Assembly: GCA_964617195.1 (NCBI GenBank)
Contig: CAZTVK010000017.1
Coordinates: 38,192 to 102,191, forward strand
Source of the DNA: an uncultured Methanosarcinales archaeon
GTDB lineage: Archaea; Nanobdellota; Nanobdellia; Woesearchaeales; ARS49
Reading direction: 5' to 3'
Length of the DNA: 64,000 nt
Shown in pieces: positions 58,959-64,000 of this stretch (its first letter is position 1; every line of letters begins with the position of its first letter). Both the position numbers and the translations under genes were made by a program. The notes below the pieces were generated by a model that was given only the letters and a program-made list of their open reading frames with translations, was not told the DNA's origin and ran no database searches.

Positions 58959-61109
58959 ATGAAAAAGGGGCAGATAACTGTTTTCATCATAATAGGACTT
59001 ATTATCCTTCTAATCATCGGCACAGTACTCTATCTAACACGAAAAGAAATAACAAGACCATTCGAAGGTGCACGCCCAAGAGTAGCAGAAATACCCCAAG
59101 AAGTACAACCGCTCAGAGACCTAGTAGACTCGTGCATCAGAAGACTCGCAACAGACGGACTGCGCAAAATAGGCGACAATGGTGGCTACATAGACACTTC
59201 ACAATTATCCTACAACATCTTCCAACCAACAGAAGGAGAAGCAGTACAATTCTCACCAGGAGCAGGACCAAACATAGCCTACTGGTGGCACATGTCAAGC
59301 AAAAACAAATGCGGACCAGGAGCATGCGAGTTCAGCTCAGAAAGACCAGGACTATACAGAGGCGACGGGGGAACAAACATAGAAGCACAACTGGACACGT
59401 ACATAACAAAAGGACTTTCTGACTGCCTCGGAAACTTCCAAGAATTCAAACAACGAGGATGCGACGTACAAGAACTAAGCGAGCCAAAAGTTACGACAAA
59501 CATCGCACAAGAAGACATATTCTTCACAGGAAAATACTCGCTGAGAGCAGTCTGCGCAGAACAAAGCTACGAAATGGAAGACTACTACGTAAACATAGAC
59601 CTCAACATGAGAGAAATATACGAACTAGCCACAGAACTCGCCAATTTCCAACTACAACAAAGATTCCTAGAACAAGTCACGAAAAACCTCATAGCAACAT
59701 ACGGCAACATGGACAGCAGCATGATCCCCCCAACAAGAAAATACGAAGTAGGACCCCCAAAACCAGGAATGTTCTGGATAAAAAACGACATACTCCAAAG
59801 AATCAAAACCCTGCTAACAGCATACATACCAGTAATCCAAGTAGCAAACGTACAAAACTACAACTACATCAGAGCGCCTCCAAACGTCAGAGACAAAGAA
59901 CACTACGAACTACTCTACAACAGACAATTCCTGATACCAATCAACGTCTCACACCACTCACTAGAAGCACGATTCAGCTACCTCGACTGGTGGGAACCAT
60001 ACTTTGATTTGAACTGCAACGGACAACTCTGCCAAGCAGACAGCGCAAGCAACTTCATGTTCCTGCCATTCACAATAAACAGGTACGAATTCGCATACGA
60101 CATCAGCTACCCAGTCCTAGTAGAAATCAGAAACCCAGTAGCATTCAACGATGAAGGCTACAGCTTCAAATTCTTCATCGAACAAAACCTCCGAAACAGC
60201 GACGCATTACTCATAGACACAGTTCCTCTGGCCATATCCAAAACCGGAAAACCGCCAAGCCTCTTCTGCGATCCAGCACAAATGACGTCAGGAACAGTAA
60301 CAGTACTAGTAAAAAGCGGCAAAGACCTCAAAGGAATGAACGGAGCCAGCATAAGTTACATGTGCGGAGAAGAAAACTGCAACATAGGCTTTACAGAAAA
60401 AGGAAACCTAACCTCAAAATTCCCAAGATGCATAGGAGGAGCGTTGCGCGTAACGAAACAAGGCTACGCAAGCCACACGCAAAGACTCGACACCGCGCGC
60501 GAAAACCCACTCCGCGTAGAAATAATGCTAGAACCAGTCAGAATCCTGAACGCCAGCATCAAAAATTACGCATTCACAAAATTGGAGAAACATTCATCCT
60601 GGACATTTGAAGAAGGAGGAGGGCCTCTCAGACCACCAGATGAGCAAAGCGCCACAATAATGCTCATCCGCAACGGAGGCCAGTACGACGAGCCATTCAC
60701 AGCAGTAACTGAACTAAAAGGCAATGGAAAGAACGAGATTCCGCTCATCCCAGGCAACTATTCCATCAAAATAATGAGCTTTTACAGAGGAAACGTAACC
60801 TTCCCTCCAGACGAAAGATGCGTCAGAATCAAAAAACTATTCGGCAGCAAAAAGAAATGCTATTTTGTTCCAAAAGACCCGTTGATATTCAACGAGTCAT
60901 CACCATACCCGTACGGAGGAGCAGAAATACAGTACCAATTCACATCAACAATGCTCAGAGCAGCAGACGAAATCGAATTCAGACAATACGTACAAGGCAT
61001 AGATAAAGTAGCCCAGAACAAAAGAATAATTGAAGACCTCCAACAAATAGAGACAGTAATGATGTACTCATCATCAAACCCAGAAAGAATCTATCCGGTG
61101 CTCAAATGA
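58959..61109 (+). CDS. large extracellular protein with class III (pilin-like) signal peptide
   Basis: MKKGQITVFIIIGLIILLIIGTVLYL N-terminus followed by about 690 aa of unrecognised, Cys-containing ectodomain. ATGA overlap with the next gene. Confidence 0.65.
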   Translation: MKKGQITVFIIIGLIILLIIGTVLYLTRKEITRPFEGARPRVAEIPQEVQPLRDLVDSCIRRLATDGLRKIGDNGGYIDTSQLSYNIFQPTEGEAVQFSPGAGPNIAYWWHMSSKNKCGPGACEFSSERPGLYRGDGGTNIEAQLDTYITKGLSDCLGNFQEFKQRGCDVQELSEPKVTTNIAQEDIFFTGKYSLRAVCAEQSYEMEDYYVNIDLNMREIYELATELANFQLQQRFLEQVTKNLIATYGNMDSSMIPPTRKYEVGPPKPGMFWIKNDILQRIKTLLTAYIPVIQVANVQNYNYIRAPPNVRDKEHYELLYNRQFLIPINVSHHSLEARFSYLDWWEPYFDLNCNGQLCQADSASNFMFLPFTINRYEFAYDISYPVLVEIRNPVAFNDEGYSFKFFIEQNLRNSDALLIDTVPLAISKTGKPPSLFCDPAQMTSGTVTVLVKSGKDLKGMNGASISYMCGEENCNIGFTEKGNLTSKFPRCIGGALRVTKQGYASHTQRLDTARENPLRVEIMLEPVRILNASIKNYAFTKLEKHSSWTFEEGGGPLRPPDEQSATIMLIRNGGQYDEPFTAVTELKGNGKNEIPLIPGNYSIKIMSFYRGNVTFPPDERCVRIKKLFGSKKKCYFVPKDPLIFNESSPYPYGGAEIQYQFTSTMLRAADEIEFRQYVQGIDKVAQNKRIIEDLQQIETVMMYSSSNPERIYPVLK

Positions 61110-64000
61110 AAATAATGCAAAAAATAGCATTAATGATGATCTGCCTAATCCTAAGCATCCCAATAGTCCTCGCGCAAGAACTCAACATACAAAAATTCCA
61201 AGGAAAAGACAACGTCAAAGGTTACGCCAAAGTAGAAGACCAGTTCACAATAGAAGTCCTCGTCAAAATCCCAGGCGAAGAAATCATAGACAAAGAACAA
61301 GTCAGAATATACATCGAAGACAGTTATGCATTCTTTGATTCATGCGTCGCAGCAGAAGCAGCAGGCTATTACAAATGCATATTCTTCGAACCAGAATTCG
61401 AAGCATACGAGCCGATAACATTCCTCATTGAACTACGCGATGACTCAGACAATATAGTGGGATCGGAAACGCGCACACTTGTAGTGGATAATTTGGCGCC
61501 AGAAGTCAAAGAATTCACAGTCGAGCCACCAATATCAGCAGGAGACCTCACGATCTCATACGTCGCAGAAGACTACAGCCTAACTCACGGCCAAACAGAC
61601 CAGTGCTCAGGAATAAAATCCATAACGATCAACGCGGGAACAAAATCAGTAACTGACTCAGGAGAACTCGGAACATGCGCAAAAGACAACATCCTCCAAA
61701 TGACAATAGACAAACCAGGCGCGCAACAAATCTGCATCGCAGCAAAAGACCACCTCAACTTCGCCTCAGCACCAAAATGCACAGAAATCAGAATCGACAA
61801 AGCACCGCCAGAAATCAAACAAGTCTCAATCCTAGACGAACAAGGATTTGTACTAACACACGTACGCTCAGGAGAAGAAAGACTCGCAAAAATCAACGCG
61901 TTCATAACAGACGACGGACAAGTAGACCCGAGCACAGTATACGGAACATTCTCACAATTAAATCCAAACCTACCAGACCCAATACTTCCTGACGTAATTG
62001 AGGGCGACATTTACAGCTGGCAAAACATACCAGTAACAGAAGTCAGCCCATGCAAGCTCACAATAACAGCAAAAGACACCCTGGCTAACGAGAAAACACA
62101 AGACTTTGACTGCACGATAAAAGCAGACGACACGCCACCAACAGTCATAGGACTCGTAACAAGCACAGGAGGCACAACAGAAGCCACACCAGGACAAGAA
62201 GGAGCGCCAGCAGCAACAAGAGAAGGAATGCCGTTGTACGGATACGGCTCCATGCTTATCATAGAATTCGACGACAAAGACAATACTGGCAGCCCAGGAA
62301 TAGGAATGCTTTCAGCAAAAGCATACCTTGACTTAAGCCGATTAGGAATGGACAGCTTCACCCAAGCAGACCTATGCTCAAGACTCAGCGGAGGAATCTG
62401 GAGATGCTCCTGGCTAATCAACCCGCCAACAACAACAGATGAAGGCACGTACACGATCACGCTAAGCGAAAGCACATCAGACGATTTAGATAACCAAATT
62501 GGCACGAGCCAAGCATTCGAAATAATATACGACAACACAGGACCCAAAAAACCAGAAATTGTTGATTACAAAATAATCTCAGGCGAAATGGGCATCGAGT
62601 ACAAAGGAGGAGCAGTCAGAGGAGACTACCTCCAATACACAGTCCGCTCAGGAGAATTCCTCACAGCATTCGCAGACTTCAACGAAGTAGGAGGCGATGC
62701 GAAAACAACACCAACATCCTGCACAGATGTTAACAATTCAACAAAAGACTGCATCTTCGAAGCCCTCATAGACCTAAGCGGACCATTCACAGCAACCTTA
62801 AACTTTGAATTCTTCGACGACGCGGGAAACAAAGCAAGCACGAACACGACATTAGAAATCTACGGCATAGACAACGAAACCAATCCGAAATACTGGAAAA
62901 CACCTCCAACAGTCACGTGCAGTCCGCAAATAATCTACCGCGACACAGCAAAACTCGTCTCTCAATCAGCAGCATGCAGAGTAGACCTCACAACACCTAG
63001 AACAGACATAAGCACGCTCGCAATCGTAGGACCAGAATCACCAGACGAATGCACAGGAGATGTAGAATTAACGCTCAACGACATTTACGTAATAAACAAC
63101 ATTGAAGGAAGCACACACCCATACTTATTCCTCAGACTAGAAGCGCGCGAATACTTCGGCATATCGAAAACCTTCAACTGCCCAATGCAAATCTATTCCA
63201 AACGAGCAGTCAAAGCACCAGACGGAGCCACACACTACTACGTTACTCCGATATCACAAGAAATGCCGGTAAACATGACAGTAATGTTCGGCGACTCACC
63301 ACTCGGAACACTCAACGCGAACATCGATGACAAACTGAGAAGCGCTTTCAAAGAAGGACTCGCAGACGAACAATGGATAAGTGAACTTAGACAATGGATA
63401 TACTACGCAGAACTCGTCTGCTGGGCAAAAACACTCATCACAAACATCATAGGAGCATTATTCCTGGTAACAGGCATACTCAAAATACTCGCATCAGTAC
63501 TCTATGCAGGAACAGTAACTGCACCAGCAGCGCCAGGAGTAGACCAAGCAGCATCAAGCGTCTGTAACATAGAAGAAAACGTGTCCAAAATATACGGCGA
63601 CACAGCAGGCGGAATAATGAAATTCTTAGACGCATTCTGCTCAGTCATCAACTGCGCCTCAGGAGGAAAAGAAGGACTAGAAGGAATACTTGGAGGAGGC
63701 GCAACAAGCGGATTGGGACTCCCATGGTGCTCAGGAGACGTAAAAGAATTGTCAGGCACAGACCTTGGCAAATTCGCACAAGAATCAGGCATTTCAGTTT
63801 TTCCAGCGGTCAAAGACTCACTAATCCTGAGCCTGTTATGCCTCTGCCTGCCCGGAATCATTTACAATCTAGACAAAAAACGACAAATCGACTGCTTCAA
63901 AGCAGTCTGCATGTACGACCTAGTCAAAAAGAACGGATACCCAATAGACTTCTGCGAAGAAATGCACGGCTACCTCACCTGCGTGTTCTGGGTAGGAGAA
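61106..64000 (+). CDS. giant secreted/membrane protein, partial (more than 965 aa, continues past the window end)
   Basis: Not in the track because there is no stop in the window. I read the frame from the ATG at 61106 to 64000 by eye without a stop. Sec signal MKIMQKIALMMICLILSIPIVLAQE. Four Ig-like module boundaries (DNLAPEV, DKAPPEI, DDTPPTV, DNTGPKKPEI). Late TM helix and a Cys-rich segment. Confidence 0.75.
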   Translation, partial: MKIMQKIALMMICLILSIPIVLAQELNIQKFQGKDNVKGYAKVEDQFTIEVLVKIPGEEIIDKEQVRIYIEDSYAFFDSCVAAEAAGYYKCIFFEPEFEAYEPITFLIELRDDSDNIVGSETRTLVVDNLAPEVKEFTVEPPISAGDLTISYVAEDYSLTHGQTDQCSGIKSITINAGTKSVTDSGELGTCAKDNILQMTIDKPGAQQICIAAKDHLNFASAPKCTEIRIDKAPPEIKQVSILDEQGFVLTHVRSGEERLAKINAFITDDGQVDPSTVYGTFSQLNPNLPDPILPDVIEGDIYSWQNIPVTEVSPCKLTITAKDTLANEKTQDFDCTIKADDTPPTVIGLVTSTGGTTEATPGQEGAPAATREGMPLYGYGSMLIIEFDDKDNTGSPGIGMLSAKAYLDLSRLGMDSFTQADLCSRLSGGIWRCSWLINPPTTTDEGTYTITLSESTSDDLDNQIGTSQAFEIIYDNTGPKKPEIVDYKIISGEMGIEYKGGAVRGDYLQYTVRSGEFLTAFADFNEVGGDAKTTPTSCTDVNNSTKDCIFEALIDLSGPFTATLNFEFFDDAGNKASTNTTLEIYGIDNETNPKYWKTPPTVTCSPQIIYRDTAKLVSQSAACRVDLTTPRTDISTLAIVGPESPDECTGDVELTLNDIYVINNIEGSTHPYLFLRLEAREYFGISKTFNCPMQIYSKRAVKAPDGATHYYVTPISQEMPVNMTVMFGDSPLGTLNANIDDKLRSAFKEGLADEQWISELRQWIYYAELVCWAKTLITNIIGALFLVTGILKILASVLYAGTVTAPAAPGVDQAASSVCNIEENVSKIYGDTAGGIMKFLDAFCSVINCASGGKEGLEGILGGGATSGLGLPWCSGDVKELSGTDLGKFAQESGISVFPAVKDSLILSLLCLCLPGIIYNLDKKRQIDCFKAVCMYDLVKKNGYPIDFCEEMHGYLTCVFWVGE

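Noticed and set aside
58921-58961. Duplicated GGGTTTCATATA (AAGGTGGGTTTCATATACC and CAGGGGTTTCATATATG) before the 58959 start
   Set aside because: It is probably a local 12-nt duplication of the SD-start region. There is no ORF consequence and no other copies, so it is of low information value.
1-64000. CRISPR arrays, rRNA genes, transposases, integrases, IS inverted repeats
   Set aside because: I found no regularly spaced direct repeats, no rRNA-like stretches, and no ORF with DDE, tyrosine- or serine-recombinase or RT motifs. No mobile_element feature was therefore called, despite the cassette-like structure at 16 kb.

Overview
The window reads as an archaeal chromosome fragment. This call rests on content only, since no database search was possible. 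Archaeal markers include the conserved exosome/proteasome superoperon (RNase P Pop5, proteasome alpha, SBDS, Rrp4, Rrp41, Rrp42, RpoK), ribosomal proteins S19e, L39e, L31e and S6e, Cbf5, archaeal-type Pth2, deoxyhypusine synthase and pyruvoyl arginine decarboxylase. There are also many TATA boxes (TTTAAATA / TTTATAAA) centred about 26-27 nt upstream of start codons. Gene density is high, with many 4-nt ATGA overlaps. The mix of reduced housekeeping genes, bacterial-looking genes (MraZ-like, Fis/NtrC-type HTH, type-1 IDI, bacterial-type ThrRS, Bat/MoxR operon) and many surface proteins suggests a small-genome uncultivated archaeon of the DPANN kind; that is inference. Other housekeeping genes are glmS, metG, thrS, msrB, one tRNA-Lys(CUU), and Nudix, HAD, SDR and methyltransferase enzymes. 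Accessory content includes two paralogous acidic surface proteins, a lamin-tail-domain protein, an Ig/cadherin-repeat lipoprotein, two cysteine-rich secreted proteins and three proteins with class-III (type IV pilin-like) signal peptides. It also includes a secreted protein of more than 965 aa that runs off the window end, an 8-gene MoxR-DUF58-vWA operon, a vapBC pair and a UPF0175-like/PIN pair. No CRISPR array, rRNA, transposase, integrase or reverse transcriptase was seen. The observations most worth follow-up are: (1) a displaced copy of a gene 3-prime end that differs only synonymously and brackets a one-gene cassette; (2) a covarying palindromic hairpin family TCGGAAAT...ATTTCCGA; (3) an uncharacterised gene trio at 5.7-10.1 kb; (4) the pilin-like/giant surface-protein cluster at 55.4-64 kb. 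I did not find one clearly defined novel system; the candidates are ranked by interest below.
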